A stretch of DNA of 64,000 bases from Octopus vulgaris (Eukaryota). Below, piece by piece: positions 13,390-26,145 of the stretch (position 1 is the first letter of the stretch; each line of letters begins with the position of its first letter). The stretch covers positions 206,894,001 through 206,958,000 of the forward strand of contig OX597815.1 of assembly GCA_951406725.2 (NCBI GenBank), read 5' to 3'. The translations under genes were made by a program, and so were the position numbers. The notes below the pieces were generated by a model that searched no databases, was not told the origin of the DNA, and saw only the letters and a program-made list of their open reading frames with translations.

Positions 13390-14150
13390 CAGGTGTTTCT
13401 CAACCATTTTTGATCTATGGACCCTTGTGATTACTATTTTATTCTGGTGGACACCCATAGCCATTCAATATGAGAGACTAGATTTTCAAGGACTTCTTTC
13501 AAAACTCCTGTTTTGTTTTTTCAGGTATCAACTTGTGTAGATTGAACTATGTAAAATGTTCGAGAAAGAAACTCAGCTGTTTCTTGCAATGCATACGTCT
13601 AAAGCAAAAATTTTGTAAAGGATTCCTAAAATACTATTGTGGATCCTCGGATCTTTTCGGTTCGAACGGCAGTTTTTAACATAATTTCTAGGTAACTAAA
13701 AAATTTTAAACTTCGTATACTGGTAGAATGTGTTTATAAAACATCTTTTTCTCTTGGCTTTATTGAGAAAATTCTATAGTTTGTAAGATATTTGTTGTTT
13801 TTTTCTTCAAATTCTGCAATTTCAACCAATCAATGACGTCCATTGAGGTAAAAAGCATTCTGTGCCGTATGAATATGTCCCTCGTTTAAGAAACAGATTG
13901 GTTTTATTTACATTTGTGAAGAAAAAAGATACCCTTCCCCCACCCCTAACGGTAACCCTAACCCTAACTCTAACTAACCCTAACCCTAAAAGCGATTGAA
14001 ATGCAATAGATCGATTCTAGGGTCATAATCATGAGTGACAATTTCATATGACACCGCTAGAAAAAACTGCTGTTCAAACCGAAAAGTTCCGGATCCTCAA
14101 TTTTACTATTTTGTTACGGGAACTCTCAGAAATCTTATATGAACCCTCAG
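13390..14150 (+). mobile_element. degenerate hAT-like MITE interrupted by the TAACCC MITE
   Basis: starts CAGGTGTTTCTCAACC (Charlie-like end); GGACCC-type subterminal motifs; right end not resolved. Confidence 0.45.
13649..14090 (+). mobile_element. TAACCC-containing MITE
   Basis: TIRs; 8-bp TSD GGATCCTC (13641-13648, 14091-14098). Confidence 0.92.
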
Positions 14151-14437
14151 AGGTGCGCGCGCACGCATATAATGGTGTTTGAAAGATGGGAATATATTAA
14201 TACTAACAATCTTTACATGTGTGCAATGTTCCCCAATGTCAGTGTGACTATTTGACGCTCCTCTGTGTTGGATTATTACGGCCGCTGCTCTTACGAAATC
14301 TATATTCATGGCCATCGTTATAAATAAGTCGGTTAGAATTTTGCATTAAATGTAAAGTCGTTTGTCATTGGTTGCTTCTGTAAATGCTTTACACAGGTGT
14401 TTTTCTCTTTTTTTCTTCAATAAAATAATTAAAAAGT

Positions 14438-14438
14438 G

Positions 14439-14524
<86 letters not shown>

Positions 14525-14709
14525 ACACGATCCCTATTGATCGTTTTTTTTTTCTTTTTTTACGATCCCTTTTGATCGAAAACCTACCCACCTTTTTATT
14601 TTTTCTTTTCTTTTCTCTTTTCTTTTCTCCCCAAAAAGAAAAGCTCTACTTTGTAATTTGTCCCCTCTGTGTTCAGCCCTGTGTGGCTAATAAAGAAAAA
14701 TATCTATCC

Positions 14710-14805
<96 letters not shown>

Positions 14806-14806
14806 C

Positions 14807-14861
<55 letters not shown>

Positions 14862-14866
14862 CTCTA

Positions 14867-14962
<96 letters not shown>
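14438..14962. repeat. (TATC)n array split by a retroelement 3' end
   Basis: direct reading. Confidence 0.95.
14524..14700 (+). mobile_element. retroelement 3' end (Tx1-like) inside (TATC)n
   Basis: ends CAGCCCTGTGTGGCTAATAAAGAAA; homologs at 22992 and 56096. Confidence 0.75.
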
Positions 14963-14963
<1 letters not shown>

Positions 14964-15338
14964 TCTGAAAACCAGTAACATTACATGAAAATATTACCAA
15001 GTAGAAAACTATAGATAATCAGACGAAGTGATGCATTAGTCTCAAAATACCACGGAGTTCAGTAATTGCCAACAAAAAAAATAAAAAAGCAACTATAATA
15101 AAAATACAAAAAATAAAATAACAAGAAAATTTACATTTTTCTCTGCCTTAATTTTCCTTCTATTTGTCTTTCCATTATTCTTTTTTTTTCTATTTTTCCT
15201 TCTTTCCTTCGACCTGTTCTTTCTCTTCCTTTCTATATTACATTTTCTTATCTCTTAGTTCTCTTTTAAACAACTACCTACCTACACAAACGCACACACA
15301 CACATAGAGTAAATATATAGATGTGCGAGTGAGAACAA

Positions 15339-15386
<48 letters not shown>

Positions 15387-15918
15387 TTCTTTCTTTCCTT
15401 CTCTAATTAACCCCTGTCTTTCTTTCCTTCTCTTGACGGTGCCTGTCATATTAATTTCCTCTGAGAGATTCACATTCACATCTTAACGATTGCTTTCATA
15501 GATGATACAACACAATCACTCAGATTGTTTGCCAAGAAAGTCATACATTCCAAAATGTTAGCAGGTCGACACGTTTCTTAACTTACCACTAACAACAACA
15601 GTTATTAGTAGCAAACTCAGTTGCAATTAGCAACATCGAAGCAACAATTAGGAAAATTGTGTTGGCAGCAATCAGCAAATTTAACCACAGTAACCAACCA
15701 TAGTTTCGACAGTAATAACAATAACAATAGCAAGCGATACGATATACACGTTTGGCATTTCGTTTCTTAAGAAATTTACTTCCGTTGCACAGGATTCGAT
15801 CTTACAGCGGAGCACCATAATCATGTGAATGAAATTTAGTAGTGAGAACATGTGCAGATGTTCATTGGTTACATAAACTAATACATACATACGTGTATGC
15901 AAAGATACATACATACAT

Positions 15919-15987
15919 ATACTTTGATAGGTTTCGGCCATTATTGGCCCAGGCCATATCTAACTTAATAGCACCACCTGGTGCTAT
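15919..15987 (-). mobile_element. extreme 3' end of the CR1-like LINE
   Basis: near-identical to ~62933-62997. Confidence 0.85.
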
Positions 15988-16246
15988 ATATATATCTTTC
16001 GAATTATCCTTAATAAGATAATTCATTCAACTACTCAAATAACATATATATATATAATGTAATATGATATAATATAATATAATATATAAATATATATATA
16101 TATACATGCATACATACATTGCATACATACATACATACATACATACATACATACATAATAAAGACATACATGTATGCATGCATACATACATAGCTACCTA
16201 CTTACCTACCTACATACATACATACATACATACATACATACATACA

Positions 16247-16280
<34 letters not shown>

Positions 16281-16289
16281 CATAGATAG

Positions 16290-17209
16290 GTATGGACCAA
16301 CAATCGAATTACTAACTCCCAATTTGAAGGGTATCCCTTTGCAATTCAGGAACAGGAGAAATCAACCAAATATCTGATACACGAAAGGGAGAGAACTGCA
16401 GGCAAAACGCCAAAATATGATAACCAATGCAGACTTCGCGGCGTTGACACCGAAGATATCCCCCACATCATAAGCAGTTGTCCGAAAGTATCATCACGGT
16501 ATTATATACTGATGAGACATGATGCTGTAGCTAAGACAACCATGAAGCCAAAGGAATAAGAACCCGCAGTATGGTAGAAGTCATAGCTACTCATTAAGGT
16601 ATGCTAGTGAAATGTCTCGGTGAAAACCTTAATAAAATGTAAACATAATAGACCTGACATAGTGATTTAGGATCGTGTATGCAAAGATACATAATACATA
16701 CATACATCCCAGCGGATGTTAACATCAAGCTAAAGATCAACGAAAAAGAAAATAGCTACGTTGAACTATTGAGAAATCTATAGTTATTCTACCCACATTA
16801 CAAGTTCAGGTTTATACATCTAATTATTGGGTCACTGTGACACACCGCCTAAATACCAATCTTGAGAAATTAGGCTTCTCAAAACCAGAAAGGAGGAAGC
16901 TGGTTCGAAGACTACAGATCCAAGCCATCACTGGAACTGTAAAATTCTGTAAAACTTCCCAGAAGTATTTAAATATATATGTGCTTAAGACATAGCTTAA
17001 AGACATGCAACTATATACATGAGAATACATACATAAAACAAACCATAGAAATCTGCACATGCAGTGACTCCAAATACTGAACGTATACACTAATACATGC
17101 AAAAATACCCTTCTGATGTTGTTGAAATTCCAATGACGGAGTCTTGGATATAGGTTAGAAACCAGCTCATTCTCTATTGGCAAGAAATTTTGAAATAAAC
17201 CTGAATGAC
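16290..17209 (+). mobile_element. 3' fragment of RLE-type LINE (R4/Dong-like), decayed
   Basis: conceptual translation FAIQEQ, CRLRGVDTEDIPHIISSCPK..MRHD (decayed CCHC knuckle plus RHD), KHNRPDIVI (RLE PD motif), QAITGTVKFCK; stops and frameshifts; preceded by (TACA)n. Confidence 0.8.
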
Positions 17210-17238
17210 ACACACATACACATACACACAGTGTACGT

Positions 17239-17272
<34 letters not shown>

Positions 17273-17372
17273 ATTCGTGTTCTTATTTGTCCCAACTATT
17301 GCTGAAGGGTAATCGCTTGTATGGAGATGGAATATTATATGTAGTGCTTTGTTATTTTACCTATTAAGTACA

Positions 17373-17402
17373 CCATCATCATTGTTCGACCGTATTCGAG
17401 AC
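17373..17402 (-). mobile_element. tiny RTE LINE 3' terminus
   Basis: ATCATCATTGTTCGACCGT..TCGAGAC matches 31601-31628. Confidence 0.6.
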
Positions 17403-18209
17403 TTAAATTCCATAGTCTTTTCAAATGGCTAATAATGTGTGCGCGCGCCACTACTACACACATTGGAAAGCATTGTACAACCAAGTACTAAAGAAGATCT
17501 TTCCTCCTCCATGAAACAAAGCTGTTCCCACTGGACGTCAACCCAGTATTTCTAAGCTACGGACCGAGTGATTTATTGTAAGGTTATCTCCCTAGATAGA
17601 TTGCCTTCACTACGGCTAAGGAGCCCTTTCTACCCCACTGACACAGGTTGTACTATTAAGTAGACTGATCGAGTTAAAAAAAATAGACCAATACCTTTAG
17701 TATTGATGTATTTTTTTAGTATACTACCTTCGTTCTAACCGATAAATCTGCACAAACTTATAAAAAGTTTCTAGAAAATATCAAGTTTAATCCAATATAA
17801 CTTTTATCAGTTACAGAATTTATAAAAAGCAATGAGTAAAGCTTGTAATCATAGACTTCCCACTCAAATAACAAGGATTTTTCCTTTTCACATTTCTTAA
17901 TGCATCTTGTTTACTAGTTAAATTTATAGCTTAAAGTCATATACTACATTCACCAACATATGTACCTGTCCTTGTATTCATAGAATCAGTTCATAAATCA
18001 TGCGACAGTGGTATAACTACTGAAGAACAAGCTGTCCTGATCGGAAGCTAACACGTCGACTACTACTATTTCCACATGAAATGTGGAATATATATCACGT
18101 AGTTATAAATATTTATTTATACTAACAATTTCGTTGAAGATTGGCACTGAAGTTTAGAGGAGCAACAAACAGCCTATAACACATCCAACAATTTGAAAGT
18201 TCATAGAAT

Positions 18210-18455
18210 GTGGAGGCACATAGCTTAGTGGTTAGGAATGTTGGACAGATGATCGTAAGGATTGGGTTTCGATTCCTGGATCGGACGACGCGTTGTGTTC
18301 TTGTTCAGAACACTTCATTTCACATTGCTCCAGTCCACTAAGCTGGTAAAAATGAGTAATCCTACGACATCCGTCTAGGTGGAGAATATATACGACAGGG
18401 AAAACGGGAGACCGGCCCTATAAGTCTATATGAACCGGGAAGGAGCTCTATACTT
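18210..18455 (+). mobile_element. old A3-related SINE
   Basis: diverged head GTGGAGGCACATAGCTTAGTGG; body homologous to 20652-20896. Confidence 0.65.
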
Positions 18456-18842
18456 TTTATCTATATAATTCTCTGGACGAAATCATGCTTTTAACAACAA
18501 AATATTGCTCGTTAAGAGCTTCTATTAAAGGACAAAAGAAAAATGACTTTGATGAAAGAATAAAACTTGTGAATTACGAATTTAATGAGTCTGTTACGTA
18601 CTTAAGATGCTTAGCTCAACATTTTAGTTTAGAAATCAGTTTAAAGTTTTATCAATGATTTCATTTAAAAAAAACTATTTTATATTTTTAAAACCAATAT
18701 TAAAATCCAGATTAATAAGTGGTATATATGTTAATCGGTCAATTACTTCTGTGTCAATTTCTTAATCAGTGAATTAGTTGACATCAGTAAATTGAAGTCG
18801 GTGAGATTCTCTACAGGTCGTATAAGCAGTATAAGGAATGAA

Positions 18843-19225
18843 GTGGAGGCGCAATGGCCCAGTGGTTAGGTCAGAGGACTCGCGGTCGTAGGATCGCGGT
18901 TTCGATTCCCAGACCGGGCGTTGTGAGTGTTTATTGAGCGAAAACACCTAAAGCTCCACGAGGCTCCGGCAGGGGATGGTGGTGATCCCTGCTGTACTCT
19001 TTCACCACAACTTTCTCTCACTCTTACTTCCTGTTTCTGTTGTACCTGTATTTCAAAGGGCCGGCCTTGTCACTCTCTGTGTCACGCTGAATATCCCCGA
19101 GAACTACGTTATGGGTACACGTGTCTGTGGAGTGCTCAGCCACTTACACTTTAATTTCACGAGCAGGCTGTTCCGTTGATTCGGATCAACCGGAACCCTC
19201 GTCGTCGTAACCGACGGAGTGCTTC
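18843..19225 (+). mobile_element. SINE A1
   Basis: near-identical to 53-442. Confidence 0.92.
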
Positions 19226-20360
19226 TATAAATAATGAGTTAAAACTCTGTAATACGACAGCTCTCGTCATGTATAGAGTAGCTCCTATGAATATTTCACT
19301 CAGCACAAAGTTATTTATTTGTCTCCTTTATGATTACCTCTCTCAATTCCCTACATTACAGAAGGCAAATGAAGGACCCAGTCTGCAAGAAATAGCTGCA
19401 AAATATTCTTCAGATTGCATGGTACCGCCATAAAAAATCCTTAGATTGATATATTTCAACTTCTTTATCTTAACTTTGGCTACCATTATTATCTATTTGC
19501 TGAGAAGAAAAAGTGTTTGCAACCTGATAAATTTCGTAGATAAATATTTACTTATATTAACTGAACTGTCTCACTTGTAGTCTGTACGAGAAATTTCTGT
19601 ATGTAAATGTACACAGCATGGGACTTCATTTGATAAACGTATTGAATGTATGGGACAATGGATCTGCGAATCGTAGCTAATCGTAGAACGACTATGCGCA
19701 TGCCTTGATTTCCCTTATCAGATCTGAGTTGGACTTTAAAAAGTAACAATAATATAGAAAATAGCATGCAAAACAAAACAAAAGTGATAAAGAGATAAAG
19801 AAGAAAAACACAAACAATTTTTATTAAGAATTTACTATCTGTACAATCTTACAGATTCGTTAAAGCCTATAAACACCCTCGCTGGTTATTGTTTGTTTAT
19901 ATTCTTTGTTTTTCTGCAGATTTCCCACCACCCAATGTCTGTGGCCATTTCACTGAGTATAGATTTTCAAATGATCTGGGTTTTCTAGGTTTCTTGCGTC
20001 ACGTTACATTTCTATTGCAAACGTGTGACCAGACGACATTTTTATTTTGTTTATTACATTTTGCTCCCTTTGTTGCCAGAATAGGAACATATATGTTCTT
20101 GCATATGTGCGTATGTGTGGTAGTTAACATCAGTTAATTTTAATCTTATTGTAAACTCATTCTTGTATTACTTTAGTGGTGTTGGGTTGTAGTTAAGAGG
20201 ACTTTGTTATACCACATTCGTTCTCCCTATTTGGTCTTCCAAATTTTACTATTCAGCTGCGTATTTGTTATCTGCTATCTTTACTTCTTTAGACTTTGTA
20301 TCTTAAATAAAATGTATGTCACTCGACAATTCTCATTATTGCTAACTTATTTTCAATTCT

Positions 20361-20591
20361 TATTTCTTTATTGCCCGCAAGGGGCTAAACACGGAGGGGC
20401 CAAACAAGGACAGACAAACGGATTAAGTCGATTATATCGACCCCACTGCGCAACTGGTACTTAATTTATAGACCCCGAAAAGATGAAAGGTAAAGTCGAC
20501 CTCGGCGGAATTTGAACTCAGAACGTAACGGCGGATGAAGTACGGCTGCGCATTTCGTCCGGCGTGCTAACGATTCTGCCAGCTCGCCTCC
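20361..20591 (-). mobile_element. SINE family C with Tx1-like tail
   Basis: reverse complement of 51910-52135. Confidence 0.88.
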
Positions 20592-20651
20592 TTTTTCTAT
20601 TCTTATTTTCTATTCTTACATTACTTCATTAAACATAGCTTTTCTTATTTT

Positions 20652-20896
20652 CTTTCTGCGCCCCTTTTAAAGTCTAGCCAAGCTCATGGGCCCGGTTTCT
20701 ATGGCGTATGTTTTCCCCAGCTGGATGGGACGCCAGTCCATCGCAGCGTTACTCATTTTTGCCAGCTGAGTGGACTAGAGCAACGTGGAATGAAGTGTTT
20801 TGCTCAAGAACATAACGCGTCGCCCGGACCAGGAATCGAAAACACAATCTTACGATCATGATGCTGACACCCTAACCACTAAGCCACGCACCTCCA
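20652..20896 (-). mobile_element. A3-related SINE (older subfamily)
   Basis: reverse complement contains TGCGATGGACTGGCGTCCCATCCAG and the same tail as the 10828 copy; TTTCTTATTTT on both flanks. Confidence 0.8.
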
Positions 20897-21718
20897 AATT
20901 TCTTATTTTACTAAAACTTATTATATTTGAACTATTTCCTCAAACATGCTTCTTTTTTTCAATTATTCAAACAAGGAAGTTATACTTTTATTTCTCCTCT
21001 ACTTCATGAAATGATTAAAAAATTTCTTGGACAATACATTGCTCAGAAAAATTTATAATATTGATGAAAAGAGTAACTCTATATTTAGCCTCCATGCGAA
21101 TAGAGTAAAGAACTAAATAACGTCAAGAAAACGCGAGGTCATCCCGATGGTTTATTTAAAAGTATGGTACATATAGAAAGACTTCTATAGGGCATAAACA
21201 CTGCAGAGGAACTGCCGCTTCCACACGCAGCCAACAAAGGATCAGCTATGTGGTTGCTTGATATTTTAGAAATAGCAGCCAGATCGGCTTCAAATCTTAC
21301 TTTACTATCGTACAAAAAGAAGAAAGGACATTACAATCCTTTATATACTCTGTCTAATTAAGTGACGGGATGGTCACTGCTAGAACAGCCTTAATCACAG
21401 ATTGCTTAAATAAGGTTGAGCTGAGTCTAAACAAGAACAAAATACCACAACAATATGACATGTCGAGATTCATGAAAATATGGATTTGTCACGGAAGGAC
21501 GGGGTCATACAATCTTGGGATAAAGAACCGTAAGATCAATTAGTGACAATCGCTTTTTCTCGAAACAATAAAGAGGAATAGAGTAAATCGATAACATTTT
21601 TACTTCAACTGTGAAAAGGTGCAATGGTGCTACTCTTCTTTCTCTGTTAGCGGGGTGGAGACATGAAACATGCTCCATGACCTTAGTGGGTGATATTTGG
21701 GTTGGTATATACCATTAA

Positions 21719-22019
21719 GTGGAGGCGCAATGGCCCAGAGGTTAGGGCAGCGGACTCGCGGTCGTAGGAACGCGGTTTCGATTCCCAGGCCGGGCGTTGT
21801 GAGTGTTTATTGAGCGAAAACACCTAAAAAGCTCCACGAGGCTCCGGGGTGGTGATCTCTGCTGTTTTCTTTCACCACTCTTTCTCCCACTCTTTCTTCT
21901 GTTGGCCTGCTCGCTTTGCCAGCGGGGTGACGTCATTCAAAGGCTAAAACAATGCGAACGCATTGTGACCAGCGATGTGTAGCAACATCTGATGGTCTGG
22001 TCGGTCACGTGATCACGTG
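21719..22019 (+). mobile_element. SINE head A, body type A4
   Basis: head A with a body not seen elsewhere in the window, ending TCACGTGATCACGTG; TSD ATATACCATTAA (21707-21718, 22020-22031). Confidence 0.85.
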
Positions 22020-22991
22020 ATATACCATTAAGAAATCGACTGTGTATTTTTATAAAGCATATACCTTCGCTTATCACGGGTGTTTGGTTCGAAAAGAAAA
22101 GCGCGCGCGCACACACATATGCACAAACAAACATTGTATTAAATGAATCACGAATAGCAGAACATATAGGAAAAACAGATTTCGTTTCGAAACCCCCTGT
22201 TGTTTTGAGCTTTGTGGTTGGTCGTCGGGGCACGCTTTTGCAGTCCATGTAGTATCTTTCATTGATTGCCCACCCGTGTTATCAAAGACCAAATCCTGGT
22301 ATGCGTAGCATGTAACGTTTGAGCGTACTCTGTTATCGCGGATCTATCCCGAAAGAATCAGGGATAAACAGGGATATGTGTATTAATTAAATTCACTAAG
22401 AATCCATCAGACACAATTCCAGACATCCGCCGTTTTAATAGATGATTTGCTTAATTCTGGATAATTGAATGAGCCTTAACTTAATGATTCTGATATTCTA
22501 ATTAATTGCATGATATATAGTAGATACGAAGACAGGGAAAACTCAGAAAATATTACGTCTCTGCTTATTTACTATTAGTAGCATTGCATAGTAGTTATTG
22601 CTCTTATTACAAACCAACAGTGATACTTATCTGAAAACACCGGCAGCCAGTTGATTCACTAGAGATTTAACTGGGGGGAAACGGAGACAGCACGAATTCT
22701 TCGCTAATAGGCTATAATGCCTTGGCTATCTGATAAAGCATCAGGAAACGGAAATGACGTCTCGTGACACGTGTTAGAAAGCTCCGGAAAATTGGACGAT
22801 TTGATAAGACACATTTAAAAAGCCGACTTCGCTGAAACTTTCAAACTTTCTGCTAGAATACGTTTTAGAAAATTAAACATCCTTTGAGCATATACATACA
22901 CACATCTTCTCCGTGTCTATCAGTCTGTCACCTTCTGTCTGTCTGCTTGTCCGTCTCTCTCGCTTCCCTATCTATCTACCTATCTATCTAT

Positions 22992-23061
22992 CCCCCAAAA
23001 GAAAAGCTCTACCTTGTAATTTGTCCCGTCTGTGTGCAGCCCTGTGTGGCTAATAAAGAAA
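22992..23061 (+). mobile_element. retroelement 3' end inside (TATC)n
   Basis: homolog of 14629-14700; followed by (TATC)n to ~23246. Confidence 0.75.
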
Positions 23062-23063
23062 CA

Positions 23064-23144
<81 letters not shown>

Positions 23145-23187
23145 CTGTCTATCTATCTATCTCTGTCTGTCTATCTATCTCTGTCTG

Positions 23188-23247
<60 letters not shown>

Positions 23248-23806
23248 AGTACACTCCTGTATATATGTATGAATGAGCGCGGGCACGGTGTATGTTTTAC
23301 CGTATTTTTCTCTCCCACTATTATTCTCTCCACTTCGGTTACTTCAGCCGCACTGTTAGTATATCTCTTCTACGAATTCCTGCACATATTCAGACGCTTC
23401 AAATGTTTCTTGCATACATACAGATATATGTCGAATTGTCCCAGTCAATAACTATTATCATGAATCCGTTAATTGCCATTTGATTCCATTGTCACAGACT
23501 TGGTTTTGGCGCCAATAAGACTGATAATGCCCTTTGTCACATGAAACCCTCGCTCAGATGTAGAAGAACACTAATGAAAGTGCATGACTTGGTTTTAATT
23601 CGCTATTTTCGGCAAATCCGATTGCTTACTCTTGGCGCATTCGTCGCTCGACACAAAGTTGCTAAAATCTACTTTTCTCCAATTAAACAGTTGTTTGCTT
23701 AACAGAAAAGAATTGTTACAGGCTTCTTTGACACTTCCAGCTCTCATACTGACACGTGCATACTCTCGCCCACTTACTACAACTAACATACACACACACA
23801 AATACA

Positions 23807-23848
<42 letters not shown>

Positions 23849-23882
23849 CACATACACACACACACACATTTATTTTATTTAC

Positions 23883-24098
23883 AGGCGGATATCTGGCAGA
23901 ATCCTTACCACGCCGGGCAAAATGTTTAGAGGCTTTTCGTCCGTCTTTACGTTCTGAGTTCTGAGTTCAAATTCAGCCGAGGTCGACTTTGCCTTTTATC
24001 ATTTCAGCGTCGATAAAATAAGTACCAGTGGAATACTGGGACCGATGTAATCGACATATTCTCCTGCAGATTGCTGGCATTGTGCCAAAATTTGAAAG
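23883..24098 (+). mobile_element. SINE family C with GTGCCAAAATTTGAAA tail
   Basis: head and core match other C copies; third tail type. Confidence 0.8.
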
Positions 24099-24124
24099 CT
24101 ACATATATATGTGTGTTTGTATGT

Positions 24125-24535
24125 GGCATGGCTGTGTGGTAAGAAGTTTGTTTTCCAGCCACATGGTTCCAAGTTCAGACCCACAGCGTGGCCCCTTCGG
24201 AAAGTGTTTCCTACAATAGACTCGGGTTGACCAAAGCCTTGTGAGTGGATTTAACTGGCGGAAACTGAAAGAAGCTTCTCCTATATGTATGCATATGTAT
24301 CTATGTGTGTGTGTGTGTCTTTCTGTCTGTGTTTGTCCCCCACCACCTCTTGACAACGGTTGTTGGTATATTTACATCCCCATAACTTAGCGGTTCAGCA
24401 AAAGAGACTAACAGAATAACTACAATACTTAAAAAATAAGCATGGGATTCGATTAATTTGACTAAAAGTTCGAAGTGGTGCCCCAGCATGGCCGCAGTCT
24501 AATGACTGAAACAGGTAGAATATAAAAGGTAAAAG
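24125..24535 (+). mobile_element. SINE family B, diverged
   Basis: colinear with other B copies. Confidence 0.82.
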
Positions 24536-24579
24536 ATATATACAAATGTACACATGTTTGCGTTAATGTAGTGTGATGA

Positions 24580-24639
<60 letters not shown>

Positions 24640-24652
24640 GTATATATATATA

Positions 24653-25205
24653 TTCAAAAATAAGGGTGAACAATTGGATATTAATTTAATAACACCAATT
24701 CAACACCAAGCGGTCCAGCGCACAAAACTGAGATTTAGTAAATATTAATACACAAATACAAGAGAGGGTCCACTATGTGGACGCTCTGGCGCTAAAAATA
24801 GATCCGCAATGGTTACAACCACCAAGAATTGTTCTCAAGAAGAATTAGCACAACTATGAACGTAAGCGAGCAGGACAAATAAAAAATAACAAAAATGTAG
24901 ATTAACCCTATTAACCTTATTTTTCATTTGTCCTGCTCGCTTACGATCATAGTTGTGCTAATTCTTCTTGAGAACAATTCTTGGTGGTTGTAACAATTTT
25001 GGATCTATTATTAGCGCCAGAGCATCCACATGGTGGACTAGAACTGTTTCATTCAAAAGAAATCATCAGGAAGCTTCCTGATGATTTCTTTTGAATGAAA
25101 CAGTTCTAGTCCTGTAGAAGCTCCTTCTATAAAATAAATTAATTTACTCCGCTATGTATTGAGTACCTTATTTACTGTGGTTAACCCCGACTCAACCCGG
25201 GACCT

Positions 25206-25207
<2 letters not shown>
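24653..25207. mobile_element. hammerhead-bearing non-coding element with nested inversions, between (TA)n tracts
   Basis: inverted repeat 24768-24889/24918-25038; perfect 78-bp palindrome 25035-25112; hammerhead at 25072. Confidence 0.7.
25072..25122 (+). ncRNA. type I hammerhead ribozyme motif
   Basis: AGCTTC-CTGATGA-T-TTC(tttt)GAA-T-GAAA-CAG(ttctagtc)CTG-TA^GAAGCT: 6-bp stem I, GUA cleavage triplet; first stem II pair is a U-U mismatch. Confidence 0.78.
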
Positions 25208-25292
<85 letters not shown>

Positions 25293-25309
25293 GCGTGATG
25301 ATATATAAT

Positions 25310-25828
25310 CTAGTGTCATGAGTGTATATAAGAAGATTGACTCGATGCAAAAGATGGGCTACTGGGAGAGGCTAAAAGAGTTGAGCCTCTATTCTCAGAC
25401 GAGAGAGATATGCAGTGATATATATTTGGAAGATCTTGAAGGGTTTAGCTCCCTATTTTGGAACAGACAGCTATACCCATTCTCAAACTGGAAGCCACTG
25501 CATCATACCAATCATCCCGTCTTCCCCATCTAAAATAAGCACAGAGTACTGCAATTGTCTGGGATTCAAGAGCCCGCAATTGTTCAACATAATTTCTGGA
25601 AACCTTGGTGATCTACATGGTGTTGATGTGGAAGTTTTCAAGGAACGTCTGGACAGGTTTCTATCTAAGATACCAGATAAACCCACATCGCAGCAGGAGA
25701 TGCAAAGAAGAACAGCTCCAACCAACTTGCTACTTCACCAAAAACAAGAATACTGGAAACAACCACGAGTAACTACAGGTGGTGCACCAGCATGACCTCA
25801 GCCCTAGGCTGAAACCAGTAAAAGGTAA
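25310..25828 (+). mobile_element. 3' fragment of CR1-like LINE
   Basis: YWERLKELSLYS, IYIWKILKGL, FKERLDRFLSKIPDKP; frameshifted; homologous to the C-terminus of the 63010 ORF. Confidence 0.85.
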
Positions 25829-25925
25829 TATATATATATATATATATATATATATTTCGCTTAGACATTGCGAGACTAATGAACTGGTGTAGAACCATAC
25901 ATCTTATTATACTCCAACTAATGCT

Positions 25926-25963
<38 letters not shown>

Positions 25964-26104
25964 TCCAACTACATATATGTACATACACACACATGTATAT
26001 GTGTGCGTGTATGTGTGCATCTGTGTGTATGCGCGAGTGTGTGTACATATATATATATGCATGTATATTTTATATATATATGCACACACACACGCACACA
26101 CACG

Positions 26105-26145
<41 letters not shown>

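Noticed and set aside
14438-14988. LSIY-repeat ORFs and possible CRISPR-like periodicity
   Set aside because: (TATC)n microsatellite; no repeat-spacer structure or cas genes anywhere in the window
16510-16530. CTGATGAG core-like match
   Set aside because: Codes for LMRHD in the LINE ORF; no hammerhead stems
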